Shown here piece by piece: positions 38,684 to 48,284 of a stretch of 64,000 bases of DNA (position 1 is the first letter of the stretch; every line of letters starts with the position of its first letter). Where the stretch lies: NCBI GenBank assembly GCA_050011875.1, contig JBEKIG010000002.1:1-64000 (forward strand), given 5' to 3'. A model generated the notes under the pieces. That model saw nothing but the letters and a program-made list of their open reading frames with translations, made no database searches and was not told the origin of the DNA. A program made the translations under genes and the position numbers. This DNA comes from Nitrososphaeria archaeon (lineage in GTDB: Archaea > Thermoproteota > Nitrososphaeria > JACIWG01).

Positions 38684-40029
38684 TATTTTTTCTCCTCTTT
38701 GCTAGATTGCTGTTCTATAACAGGTTTCTCCCACGCCTCAAATCCTACTCCTTGCTTGGGTTTAGTCTCCTCTAAATTTAATACGTTATCCGTTTTCTTA
38801 GTGTTCCCGTTCCCTTCTTCTATTATGGTGGTTTCGTTATCAGTTCCTTGATTATAGATTCTTATAGGAATGTCCAGTAGCTGCAATTTCTCTCTGAACT
38901 CTGCAACCTTGACCTTAGGAAGTATGGTTTCTAGCTGTACACCGTTTGCCATAAGTAGGACTATAAACTGTTCTTCCTGCGTAAGACTTGAGACTTTGCT
39001 CTGTAACGTATACCATGTTTTCTTTAATAGAGATAAGAGTGGTTCGTAAAGCCATACTGCCATACCAAGTTTCCTATTCCGTGAAGACTTGAATAAGATC
39101 GTGTGTAACATTGAGTAAAGACGCCAGAGGAATAATTGGTTCTCATCCGCTGTTGCAACCCATAGAAATCGATCCTGTTGGAGAAAACTATTTCTCAGAG
39201 CTTCATTGCCAAGATGCTTCCGAATTTTAGCTAAGAAATCATCTCTTGCTTTCTGTTCATCTACTCCTAATTTCTCATAAAACCCTAGATAGCCAAATGC
39301 TCTTTGTGCTATTTCATCATCTGAAAGAGACTCACCAGCGTGCTCCACCAAAAAAGGAATATGGAAGAAAAAGTTGTCTTCAGGACTTACCGAATAAAGC
39401 TCTTGGAGTGGAAGTGTATCCTTTGCTTCTTCAACACCAACAAGAGTTGGAATCCATGTTTTGTTTGAATTTTTCTTAACTAAATTAAATGATTGGAGAA
39501 CTCTTAGCAAGTGCAAAGTTGTAGATGCTTTAAGCTTAATACCATTAGATATGTCGGTTAAACGTACAGGTTTTCCAATTTTCATTAAAAAGTTAAGTAC
39601 CAACTTCTGATTTGGTTTGAGATCAAAGGTCTTTTCAATTTTTAAATTTTCTTTTTCAAGGTCTTTTTCAATTTTTAAATTTTGACCCTTGTCTGGAATA
39701 TAGATGGTGATTCCTTCTTTGCTTTTCTTTATCTTCTCTTTCTGCTCGAATTTTTCATGCTCTTTCTTTTCCTCTCTGAGAGGTAGGGCTATACCATTGG
39801 CGATTGCCAATTTTGAGTTTATAATTTGGTTCCCTATATTACTTCTCTCAATATTCGTCTCAATGATTTGACCTCGGTCTTTAAGGTAACGCAAGATATT
39901 TGCTATTTTATGGGTGATGTCCTTTCTTCCTTTTCCTTCCATACCACCTGCGAAATGTTCATATAAGTTTGGTCGATTACAATCTGAGTGTTCTTTCAAA
40001 TATTGATAGACCTCAGCTTTATCAACCAA
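38683..40029 (-). CDS. Unknown 448-aa protein with two predicted winged-helix domains (transposon cargo)
   Basis: KIANILRYLKDRGQI and PVRLTDISNGIKLKASTTLHLLRVLQSFNLV..W..T..G wHTH patterns; unknown helical C-terminal domain. Confidence 0.75.
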   Translation of the reverse strand: MVDKAEVYQYLKEHSDCNRPNLYEHFAGGMEGKGRKDITHKIANILRYLKDRGQIIETNIERSNIGNQIINSKLAIANGIALPLREEKKEHEKFEQKEKIKKSKEGITIYIPDKGQNLKIEKDLEKENLKIEKTFDLKPNQKLVLNFLMKIGKPVRLTDISNGIKLKASTTLHLLRVLQSFNLVKKNSNKTWIPTLVGVEEAKDTLPLQELYSVSPEDNFFFHIPFLVEHAGESLSDDEIAQRAFGYLGFYEKLGVDEQKARDDFLAKIRKHLGNEALRNSFLQQDRFLWVATADENQLFLWRLYSMLHTILFKSSRNRKLGMAVWLYEPLLSLLKKTWYTLQSKVSSLTQEEQFIVLLMANGVQLETILPKVKVAEFREKLQLLDIPIRIYNQGTDNETTIIEEGNGNTKKTDNVLNLEETKPKQGVGFEAWEKPVIEQQSSKEEKK

Positions 40030-40031
40030 TG

Positions 40032-41300
40032 CTATTCAACCTCCCTAGTGACCATTCGTGAAACAACATGCCCTACTGGATTAACTACATCACATAGTCC
40101 TGCAACTCTATTGAGTATTGTACGGGTTCGGCTATCGGTAGGTTGATAGATGCCATCTTGACTTCGTGACACAAGACCAACTCTCATCCAAAGCGGTCCC
40201 ATCATTCTTTTACCAAATTCGTCTAGGTCAACATCCTTTACTCCATTCTTTAAGATTAAATCAATCAGTTGCGAGACCTTCGTACCATCGCCAAAGTCCT
40301 TACCAAGCTTTGACTGGAGTTCACCAAGCGTTGCAAGTGCACTTTCATTCTTTGGCAGGTACTTGCTTAACTTTGTACCCAAAAGTTTCTCGAGGTCTTC
40401 TATATACTTAGCTTGCCTATTGAAATAAAAAATATTATCGCCATGTCGCATTGTGATCAGAGAGGGATTCAGTCCACTAACCAAGTCCTCTAAAGTTCCA
40501 TATTCGACCAATTCATATGCAAGTTCTTTACTAACTAATGCAGGTACACTAGCGAGAGAACTCGGATTGCCCGTGGCTGGAAAAGTTGGTAAGATAAACA
40601 ATTTGTCGTCATATTCGCTGTAAAACGGCACTTTATTGTGTTGATGAAATGGTTCAATATTCATAACGCTAAAGATATTGACAGGTTTGATAACTTCTAG
40701 TAGATGATGGCTATTGAGATTATCCTGTACGGTAGAGGCTAAATCACGTCTAGACATCTTACGAGGGTTTGCATCGACTAACGCCATCGAGCCTATGGTC
40801 TGAGCCATAGCCTTCACATATGGACTTCTAAGCATCGATTCAGGGTTCATAAGCATAGCAAAGGTAGTTGAACTCACTTCAGGAAAAATTTTCACAAATT
40901 TTTGATTCTCTTCTGTATATATATAAATCTGCCCAAGTTCAATGGAACGTTGGAGTTTCAAAGTGACGAGTCCTTTAACTTCGGATCGTCTATCTTGGCG
41001 TTCTAAAATTGGAATACCTGTAATTCTCATATATGCCGTGGTGGTTTTTTCCAAGAAGTCATCCAAAGGAAGTACTCCGCCAAAACTTTCAAAGACTTCA
41101 GCAACAGCAATACCTAATTTTAAATTCAGGGCTCTGCGATAATTCACTTTAGTTTTCTCCAAGGCGTCTTTAGTCCCGATGTATGAAGTTGAAAGAACAG
41201 TTGTTCGCATGGCTCTTTGGCTGAAGTCTTCCTTATCCATGTCAAGTGCATTAGCTATCTTTTCAACTTCTTTCATGATCATTTGAAGTTTGTTATCCAT
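40032..41300 (-). CDS. Unknown 422-aa protein (transposon cargo)
   Basis: Long ORF with AAAGGT upstream; stop lies 2 nt before the next start; no recognisable catalytic motif. Confidence 0.75.
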   Translation of the reverse strand: MDNKLQMIMKEVEKIANALDMDKEDFSQRAMRTTVLSTSYIGTKDALEKTKVNYRRALNLKLGIAVAEVFESFGGVLPLDDFLEKTTTAYMRITGIPILERQDRRSEVKGLVTLKLQRSIELGQIYIYTEENQKFVKIFPEVSSTTFAMLMNPESMLRSPYVKAMAQTIGSMALVDANPRKMSRRDLASTVQDNLNSHHLLEVIKPVNIFSVMNIEPFHQHNKVPFYSEYDDKLFILPTFPATGNPSSLASVPALVSKELAYELVEYGTLEDLVSGLNPSLITMRHGDNIFYFNRQAKYIEDLEKLLGTKLSKYLPKNESALATLGELQSKLGKDFGDGTKVSQLIDLILKNGVKDVDLDEFGKRMMGPLWMRVGLVSRSQDGIYQPTDSRTRTILNRVAGLCDVVNPVGHVVSRMVTREVE

Positions 41301-41338
41301 CGTTATCTTTACCTTTAACCAACTATGGTTAGACTTGG

Positions 41339-41358
41339 CTAAATATAAACATATTTAG
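41339..41358 (-). promoter_or_regulatory. Palindrome CTAAATAT-aaac-ATATTTAG over the cargo-operon TATA box
   Basis: Perfect 8-bp arms; minus strand contains TTTATA about 40 nt upstream of ATG 41300. Confidence 0.55.
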
Positions 41359-41460
41359 TATTGTTTAGCCTTGTTCAACATCTAACCTCAAAATTGTGTA
41401 TACTCTAATTTTGAACCACCATATAATACTAAACCGTTAAAACCTTATAACACTCAAGTC

Positions 41461-41482
41461 GTGCAAATAAGTTAACAGAACC
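41461..41482 (-). repeat. Right terminal inverted repeat
   Basis: GTGCAAATAAGTTAACAGAACC, followed by target duplication copy GTGTGAGAG 41483-41491. Confidence 0.93.
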
Positions 41483-41526
41483 GTGTGAGAGTAAAACTTA
41501 TCAATAAGTCACTATAAGATAATATT

Positions 41527-41787
41527 ATGTCAGAGGTTAAGAAGACAGTAGTGGGCGAAATCGAACACTTCTATCCCAAGATAAATGTAGTTATTGTGAC
41601 TGTCAAAACCCCTTTGAAGGTTGGAGACAAAATAATAATAGAAGGTAAAACTACACATTTTGAGCAGATTGTAGATTCAATGCAGATCGAACATTCTAAC
41701 ATTAAGGAAGCGGAGCTGGGACAATCCATAGGCCTTAAAGTTGTTAATAAAGTAAAAGAAGGCGACACTGTCTTCAAATTAGATTAA
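41527..41787 (+). CDS. Translation elongation factor-like beta-barrel protein (U32 C-terminal-like)
   Basis: VG.I.HFY.KI.V......LKVGD.I.I.G.TT.F.Q.V.SMQI. Confidence 0.8.
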   Translation: MSEVKKTVVGEIEHFYPKINVVIVTVKTPLKVGDKIIIEGKTTHFEQIVDSMQIEHSNIKEAELGQSIGLKVVNKVKEGDTVFKLD

Positions 41788-41929
41788 TAAAAAGATCTAG
41801 GTTCACAAAGGTTCATTGCTATATATTTTAGATAATAAAAAATAGTTCAAAAATAAATACTCTTTTAAAGTGATAACAATTATTTAATAAATAATGGAAT
41901 ATCGTATATCGGAAATGGTGCTTTAATAC

Positions 41930-42550
41930 ATGTTTGACTTATCTGTGCTCCTGAAAATTATAATCGTTAGCGCTTCAGGAGCACTTGTACCAGGTCCTTT
42001 AACGGCATCGGCTACTACACTTGGCGTAAAAAATGGGTGGAAGGCTGGTTTAAGAATTGCATTTGGTCATACACTTGTTGAATTTCCTCTAGTTATTTCG
42101 ATAGCCTATGGACTTGAAACTATCTTTCAGATTCCATCAATCAAATTTTTCTTAGGATTAGTTGGTGGGTCATTTCTGTTATTTTTTGGTTGTCTAACAG
42201 TAAAAGATGCACTTTACGTTAGAAGCAGTGATTTTCAGAACACAAAATCCAAGCATAATTCTTCCCTATTCGTGGGCGTTATCTTAACATTATTTAATCC
42301 ATATTTTATCGCTTGGTGGCTAGGTGTAGGATCAACTCTTATGATGCAAGTGTTAACTTCAATAAGTCTATTTGTGGTCATTGTTTTTTATTTGGCTCAC
42401 GTGTGGTTGGATTACGTCTGGCTTATGTTTATTTCCACGGTTGGTTCAGCATCAAAAATAAATCTCAAACTCTATAAGATAATTTTGATAGTATTATCAA
42501 TTATAATATTCTATTTCGGAATAAATCTGATTACATCAACAATATTTTAA
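41930..42550 (+). CDS. LysE-family translocator
   Basis: SGAL.PGPL, G..AG...A.GH, NPYF..WW. Confidence 0.88.
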   Translation: MFDLSVLLKIIIVSASGALVPGPLTASATTLGVKNGWKAGLRIAFGHTLVEFPLVISIAYGLETIFQIPSIKFFLGLVGGSFLLFFGCLTVKDALYVRSSDFQNTKSKHNSSLFVGVILTLFNPYFIAWWLGVGSTLMMQVLTSISLFVVIVFYLAHVWLDYVWLMFISTVGSASKINLKLYKIILIVLSIIIFYFGINLITSTIF

Positions 42551-42743
42551 ACAAAATTTGTATAACTGTTCTGTTTTATTGTTGTAATCCTTTTAATAAG
42601 CTCATTTTTAAAATTTATTAACGCTAGTAATATCTTCTAGCTTTTTACATTGACCACACGTCAATATAAAAATATGTCTTAAACTTGACACATGCCTTCT
42701 TGGAAGAATAAGCATATTAGGTTAAAAAGTCTGATGCTAGCTT

Positions 42744-43448
42744 ATGAAGGTAGCTGCACTTGGAGACATACATGCTCCAAAGTACTTTGACCTTTTTAAG
42801 AAAAGCTTAGAAGAATTCCTCAAAAGAAAAGAAGGTGTATCGGCTTTTTTGCTTGCAGGAGACTTAATAGATGGTGGACGTTATGACCAACTTGATATAA
42901 TAAGAGAATTGATAAGAAAAGTGGATTTACCGACTTACAGTTGTTTCGGCAATAATGAATATCAAGAGTATTCAGATATTGTTATGAAAAAACTTCCAGA
43001 AGTAGTTTTTTTAGACGACAATTGTATGAAACTTAAAAGAATAGAAGATGACGTCGCTATAGTCGGATCAAGAGGTGTTCTCGACAAACCAACTTACTGG
43101 CAGAAGAAAAACTGGAATGATGCTGACGAAATCTATGAAAAAAGGAGAAACAAGCTCAATGAATTAGCTGATATGTGCCAAGCCGACATGAAGATTTTAC
43201 TAATCCATTATCCACCAACATTGAAGATTGTTAAGGGGGAAAATCCTAGATTTACAGAACAAATGGGGTCCAATAAGCTCGACCCGGTCATCAAGAAGTT
43301 TAACCTCGTCATAACTGCTCATGCTCATAAGGGAAAAAAGTTAGTGGAAATAGACGGTATTCCAGTTTATAATGTTTCCTTACCACTAAATGGTGGAATA
43401 CGTATTTTGGAAGTAAAGCAAAAGCATGGTCTAGAAAAGTATATGTGA
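42744..43448 (+). CDS. Calcineurin-like metallophosphoesterase
   Basis: GDIH, AGDL, FGNNE, HY.P, AHAH. Confidence 0.88.
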   Translation: MKVAALGDIHAPKYFDLFKKSLEEFLKRKEGVSAFLLAGDLIDGGRYDQLDIIRELIRKVDLPTYSCFGNNEYQEYSDIVMKKLPEVVFLDDNCMKLKRIEDDVAIVGSRGVLDKPTYWQKKNWNDADEIYEKRRNKLNELADMCQADMKILLIHYPPTLKIVKGENPRFTEQMGSNKLDPVIKKFNLVITAHAHKGKKLVEIDGIPVYNVSLPLNGGIRILEVKQKHGLEKYM

Positions 43449-43611
43449 CTATATTTCAATTAAATCATAAAAGGAGGCCTAACCTATTTTCACATCTTTT
43501 ATTTATCTTAAAAATTCTAGTAGCCAAGTTAATAATCATATAAGTACACAGTTAAAAGATAAGGCTTTACGATAAACATTTATAATATAAAAATGACAAT
43601 ATTAGAATCAG

Positions 43612-45288
43612 GTGTTTCAATTGAGGATAGCATTAGCCCAGATAAATTCTACTGTTGGTGACATTGAAGGAAATATTAAGAAAATTAGTGGTTTCATTTC
43701 AGAAGCAAAAAAAGCTGAGGTTGATTTAATAGTTTTTCCCGAGCTCTGCGTTACCGGATATCCCCCACAAGATCTCCTTTATGAAAAAGAGTTTGTTAGA
43801 AAGAACAAGGAAATGTTGCTCGATCTTATAAGTAAAAATTTAGAAATAGTTGCCGTTGTTGGTTTTGTAGACTATAAAGATGAAGGGTTATACAACTCTG
43901 CTGCTGTCTTTAAGAGCACTTTACTTTTAGGTACCGTGTATAAGACACTTTTACCTACTTACGATGTCTTTGATGAGGCTAGATATTTTATTCCTCAGGC
44001 TAGGCGACAGATTAAACCTGTGGCTGTAAAAATAAAAAATACTATTATCAAATTGGGTGTTGAAATCTGCGAAGATTTATGGGATGAGCGTTATGAAACA
44101 AAGGTAACAGATTTGTTGACACAAAAAGGTGCAGATTTGATAATTAACATTTCTGCATCTCCATTTTACATTGGTAAGAGATTTGAACGAGAGATTCTTT
44201 TGACTGAAAAAGCTCAAAAAAACAGGGTTCCTATATTCTACGTCAACTTAGTCGGTGGACAAGATGAACTTGTCTTCGATGGACAAAGTCTTGCAGTGGA
44301 TGCCTTTGGAAAATTTATATGTTTTGGTAAACAGTTTGAAGAAGACCTAATCGTTATCGAAATTGAAACAAAACAGAAGGTTGCAGAGAATGTCATCCCT
44401 CCCAACTATGATAGGGAGGAGGAAATGTTTAATGCATTGGTTCTTGGTGTCCGAGACTACTTCAAAAAGACTGGATTTAAAAGAGCAATTGTAGGGATGA
44501 GCGGCGGTATCGATTCTTCGGTAACTACCTGCATTGCAGCTAGCGCCCTTGGCAAGGATAGCGTTATAGGCGTGTCAATGCCATCTAAATTCTCGAGCAT
44601 GCACAGTAGAACTGATGCCGAAACATTAGCAAATAATCTGGGCATCTACTTTATCCAATTCTCCATTCAAGATATTGTTGGGAGCTTCCATAATACTTTG
44701 GAAGAACCATTGTGTCTGGTAAGAAATCATTTTGGTATAGATAAAAGTCAAGATGACAGTGTTGCTGATGAAAACATCCAACCACGAGTAAGGGGGAATT
44801 CTTTAATGGACATCTCGAATCGTCTCAGGGATTTAAGAATATTAGTCTTGAACACAGGAAATAAAACAGAGGTTGCTCTTGGTTACAATACCCTTTACGG
44901 TGATATGACCGGTGGACTAGGTGTTTTAGGGGATGTTAGTAAACTCGATGTTTACAAGCTGGCTGATTTTATTAATCGGAAATCTGGAAGGGAAATTATT
45001 CCCAAAGACGTGTTGGAAAAGAAACCGTCTCCAGAACTTAAAGAGAATCAGTTTGACCCTTTTGACTTTAACATTGTGAGCCCTCTGGTTGACGAGATAA
45101 TCGGCAACAGGAGAAGCAAAAAAGAGCTAATTAGTATGGGATATCCCCCAGGTATCGTCAATGATGTATACAAGAGAATCAGAAATGCTGAGTACAAAAG
45201 ATGGCAGGCACCTCCCGCCATCAAAATCACGAAGAAAGCTTTTGGAATAGGATGGAAGATGCCTATAGTAAACAAATATGAAGGTTAA
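43612..45288 (+). CDS. nadE: Glutamine-dependent NAD+ synthetase
   Basis: Nitrilase domain (FPEL..TGYPP.DL, EICEDLW) plus SGGIDS, ENIQ.R.R, TGNKTE...GY.TLYGD. Confidence 0.95.
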   Translation: MFQLRIALAQINSTVGDIEGNIKKISGFISEAKKAEVDLIVFPELCVTGYPPQDLLYEKEFVRKNKEMLLDLISKNLEIVAVVGFVDYKDEGLYNSAAVFKSTLLLGTVYKTLLPTYDVFDEARYFIPQARRQIKPVAVKIKNTIIKLGVEICEDLWDERYETKVTDLLTQKGADLIINISASPFYIGKRFEREILLTEKAQKNRVPIFYVNLVGGQDELVFDGQSLAVDAFGKFICFGKQFEEDLIVIEIETKQKVAENVIPPNYDREEEMFNALVLGVRDYFKKTGFKRAIVGMSGGIDSSVTTCIAASALGKDSVIGVSMPSKFSSMHSRTDAETLANNLGIYFIQFSIQDIVGSFHNTLEEPLCLVRNHFGIDKSQDDSVADENIQPRVRGNSLMDISNRLRDLRILVLNTGNKTEVALGYNTLYGDMTGGLGVLGDVSKLDVYKLADFINRKSGREIIPKDVLEKKPSPELKENQFDPFDFNIVSPLVDEIIGNRRSKKELISMGYPPGIVNDVYKRIRNAEYKRWQAPPAIKITKKAFGIGWKMPIVNKYEG

Positions 45289-45677
45289 ACGAACATCAAC
45301 CTCGAATTAGGTGTCGTATCAACTTTAATTTAAGAAAATAACATTCTTCCGGCTGTAATTCTCAAATATTATTACTCCTTCTATTAAAAAATATCATTGC
45401 AAGAACAATATCAAAACAAATTGGGCTTCCATTTTAAGATTAATAGTATAGAGATTTCATAATCTGTGTCCGAGGACAGACAGGCTAATATTGAACAAAT
45501 AAGTTCTGACCTAAATCACTGGGAAAACGGGCAATTAGTTTATATCTACTCAACAGTTGTTGAAATTCATATTCTGGTTCCAATTAATTAAAAATCTTCC
45601 TTATATCAAAATTATTTTTTGGATAGACTATTAGAAAAGAATAAATTAAGCAGGTTATTTACATCATTGACTATTAC

Positions 45678-46268
45678 ATGAGAACATTTTGTGTTGTAGG
45701 CGAGTCAAACTCTGGAAAAACTGTGCTCGTAGAAAAATTGGTTAAAACGTTAACGTCTAAGGGGTATACAGTGTGCACTTTAAAACATACGAATCTCAAT
45801 TCATTCGATACGGAAGGTAAGGATACATCAAAACATCTTCATGCGGGAGCAAGAATAGCATTCGGTCTCTCAAGGAAGGAATCTATAGCATTCCTCGAAA
45901 GGAAAACTATCGAAGATCTATCGCAATTGCTTCCACCATCCGATTTTTTTATAATTGAAGGTGGAAAGAAAACAGTTTGTCCCAAGATACTTGTAGGAAA
46001 AAAGAAAGTTAATGGAAAATATATAGCTAACTGGCAAATGGGACAGCCGATTGAAAATGTTATTCAATCTATAATTGCTCTACCTTCCGATTCAACACAA
46101 CTATATGTAGACAGTAAAAGGATTAACCTGAATCCTTTTATCCAAAAAGCTATAATATCTATGCTCTTAGGTTTTATCGTAAATCTTAAGGGTGTTGAAA
46201 GCGCAGAACGTGAACTAACGATAAAAGTAAACCTTAAGGAATTTAAGAATAAGTTAAAGGAGACATGA
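45678..46268 (+). CDS. mobB: Molybdopterin-guanine dinucleotide biosynthesis protein B
   Basis: G.SNSGKT..EKL, KH...FD.EGKDT..H..AGA, IEG.K. Confidence 0.88.
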   Translation: MRTFCVVGESNSGKTVLVEKLVKTLTSKGYTVCTLKHTNLNSFDTEGKDTSKHLHAGARIAFGLSRKESIAFLERKTIEDLSQLLPPSDFFIIEGGKKTVCPKILVGKKKVNGKYIANWQMGQPIENVIQSIIALPSDSTQLYVDSKRINLNPFIQKAIISMLLGFIVNLKGVESAERELTIKVNLKEFKNKLKET

Positions 46269-46399
46269 TTATCTTAGACATTTTTTAAGATATTTCCATG
46301 TCGCAATCAATACAAAAGGAAATCTAAAATGAAAAGAATAAACAAAGAGCATGTAAAGTTTCTTCCAAATAATACTGTAAATTAAGTCATAAAAACTGT

Positions 46400-46963
46400 T
46401 TATTTTTTTATCTCAGGAGAAGGCTTGAGGAAGAAAGAGGCTCCTGCAATCATAAGCCATGCCACTAATAATATTATAAAGCCGATCAAAAATATGATGA
46501 GCACCGAACCTATAAGGAGAAGAAGGCCCCCCGTACGGAACGACTTCACTCCCGTCCTTGATGCCAACGCATTAAATGTTCTTTTAAAGAATATGTTTTC
46601 GAAAAAGAAGAGTAAGAACATTATCAAAATTATACCTATCAGAACAAAAAAAATTGATGACGCAAATTCCTTTGTCAATTCGGTTGGATTACTTAAAAGT
46701 TCACTGATTATTGAAAAAAGTAATGCAGGAATGTGCGCCAAGGTTATAAGTGTAAAAAAAAATGAGGAAAGAATACCAAAAATAAAGCCGTAAAACGTAT
46801 TTCTAAGCATATCGATGTCCTGATAATAATATGACAATTCTCTTAGACCGATGAGAAGGACCACTATTCCAATGATGCCTACTACGGGAATCAATAATCC
46901 CATTGCAATCAAAATTGCTCCTACTCCCGAGTAAATTTTATTCCTATTAAAATTAATAGGCAT
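46400..46963 (-). CDS. DUF996-like membrane protein
   Basis: G.GAIL...G.V.LLIG...LS.YY...F..LA..TGV..F.TGG.L..IG..L. Confidence 0.75.
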   Translation of the reverse strand: MPINFNRNKIYSGVGAILIAMGLLIPVVGIIGIVVLLIGLRELSYYYQDIDMLRNTFYGFIFGILSSFFFTLITLAHIPALLFSIISELLSNPTELTKEFASSIFFVLIGIILIMFLLFFFENIFFKRTFNALASRTGVKSFRTGGLLLLIGSVLIIFLIGFIILLVAWLMIAGASFFLKPSPEIKK

Positions 46964-47066
46964 AATAAGAAAACTTTTATTCTGTTTTTAAACTTTTTAA
47001 TTAAAATTTAGCGTCGTAGGATAACTTAAAAATATTACCGTAAAATATAGTAACTGGCGGATTCGA

Positions 47067-48212
47067 TTGAAATATAGACAATTTGGGAAACTTGATTGGA
47101 AAGTTTCTGCACTCGGTTTTGGAGCGATGAGGCTGCCAATTATAGGCTCAGATAAAAGTAAGATAGACGAGGGGGAAGCAATCAAAATGATACGTTATGC
47201 TATAGATCATGGTGTGAACTATTTAGATTCTGCGTATACCTACCATGAAGGTAATAGCGAGACACTTGTTGGGAAGGCTCTGAAAGATGGATACAGGCAA
47301 AAAGTTAGGGTAGCTACAAAGATGCCTACCTGGTTGATCAATTCTCAATCTGATATGACAAAATTCTTGAACGAGCAGTTAACGAGATTACAATTAGATC
47401 ATGTTGACTTCTATTTGCTCCATGGTCTCAAAAAGGATCGTTGGTTGAAGATGAAAGAATTAAATGTTTTTGATTGGGCTAAAAAAGCGATCGAAGAAGG
47501 TAAGATAATGCATATAGGTTTCAGCTTCCATGACGATTACGAGACATTTAAGGAAATTATAGATGGCTATGATAAATGGGATCTTTGCCAGATACAATAC
47601 AATTACTTAGATCAAGACGTTCAAGCCGGTACTCGTGGCTTGAGGTATGCTGCATCAAAAAAGTTAGCTGTTGTTGTTATGGAGCCTATCGCCGGTGGAA
47701 TTCTCGCTTTCAAACCGTCAAAAGAAATCCAGGATATTTGGAATAGAAGGAAGACTAAAAGAACCCCTGCTGGATGGGCTCTACAATGGGTTTGGGATCA
47801 CCCTGAAGTGTCCTTGGCCTTAAGTGGGATGAGCACTATGAAACAGGTTATAGAAAACATAAAAAGTGCAGGTAGGTCTAAATCGAATAAATTAACAGAA
47901 AAAGAGTTAGATACGATAACTGATGTAAAGAAGAGATATATTCAATACGGACTCATAGGCTGTAAAGATTGTGGGTACTGTATGCCATGCCCTCAAGGTG
48001 TGGAAATACCCAAGATTCTAGTATTCTATAACGAACATGGTAAAAGACGTGGAAACGGTGAAGCAATAAAAGAACTAGCTGAAAGATATAATGAGACAAT
48101 ACCTGCTGAAAATCGTGCTACGAAATGTGTTAAATGTGGACAATGTGAGGAAAGATGCCCCCAGCAGCTGCCTATCCGTGACTTACTTGCAAAAGCTGTT
48201 ACAACATTCTAG
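47067..48212 (+). CDS. Aldo/keto reductase with C-terminal 4Fe-4S domain
   Basis: LGFGAMRLP, GVNYLDSAY.YH.G.SE, C..C.YC.PCP, C..CG.CE..CPQ. Confidence 0.92.
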   Translation: MKYRQFGKLDWKVSALGFGAMRLPIIGSDKSKIDEGEAIKMIRYAIDHGVNYLDSAYTYHEGNSETLVGKALKDGYRQKVRVATKMPTWLINSQSDMTKFLNEQLTRLQLDHVDFYLLHGLKKDRWLKMKELNVFDWAKKAIEEGKIMHIGFSFHDDYETFKEIIDGYDKWDLCQIQYNYLDQDVQAGTRGLRYAASKKLAVVVMEPIAGGILAFKPSKEIQDIWNRRKTKRTPAGWALQWVWDHPEVSLALSGMSTMKQVIENIKSAGRSKSNKLTEKELDTITDVKKRYIQYGLIGCKDCGYCMPCPQGVEIPKILVFYNEHGKRRGNGEAIKELAERYNETIPAENRATKCVKCGQCEERCPQQLPIRDLLAKAVTTF

Positions 48213-48284
48213 GCGACATTAAATATTCATAGAAAACCTTCGAATATATTATCTGGCGCAAGATTCATACACGATCGATCAATA

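Larger units (their letters stand above)
36712..41482. mobile_element. Complete 4,771-bp IS6-family unit transposon with passenger genes
   Basis: Perfect 22-bp TIRs (36712-36733 and 41461-41482), 9-bp direct repeat GTGTGAGAG immediately outside both ends, internal IS6-type transposase. Confidence 0.93.
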
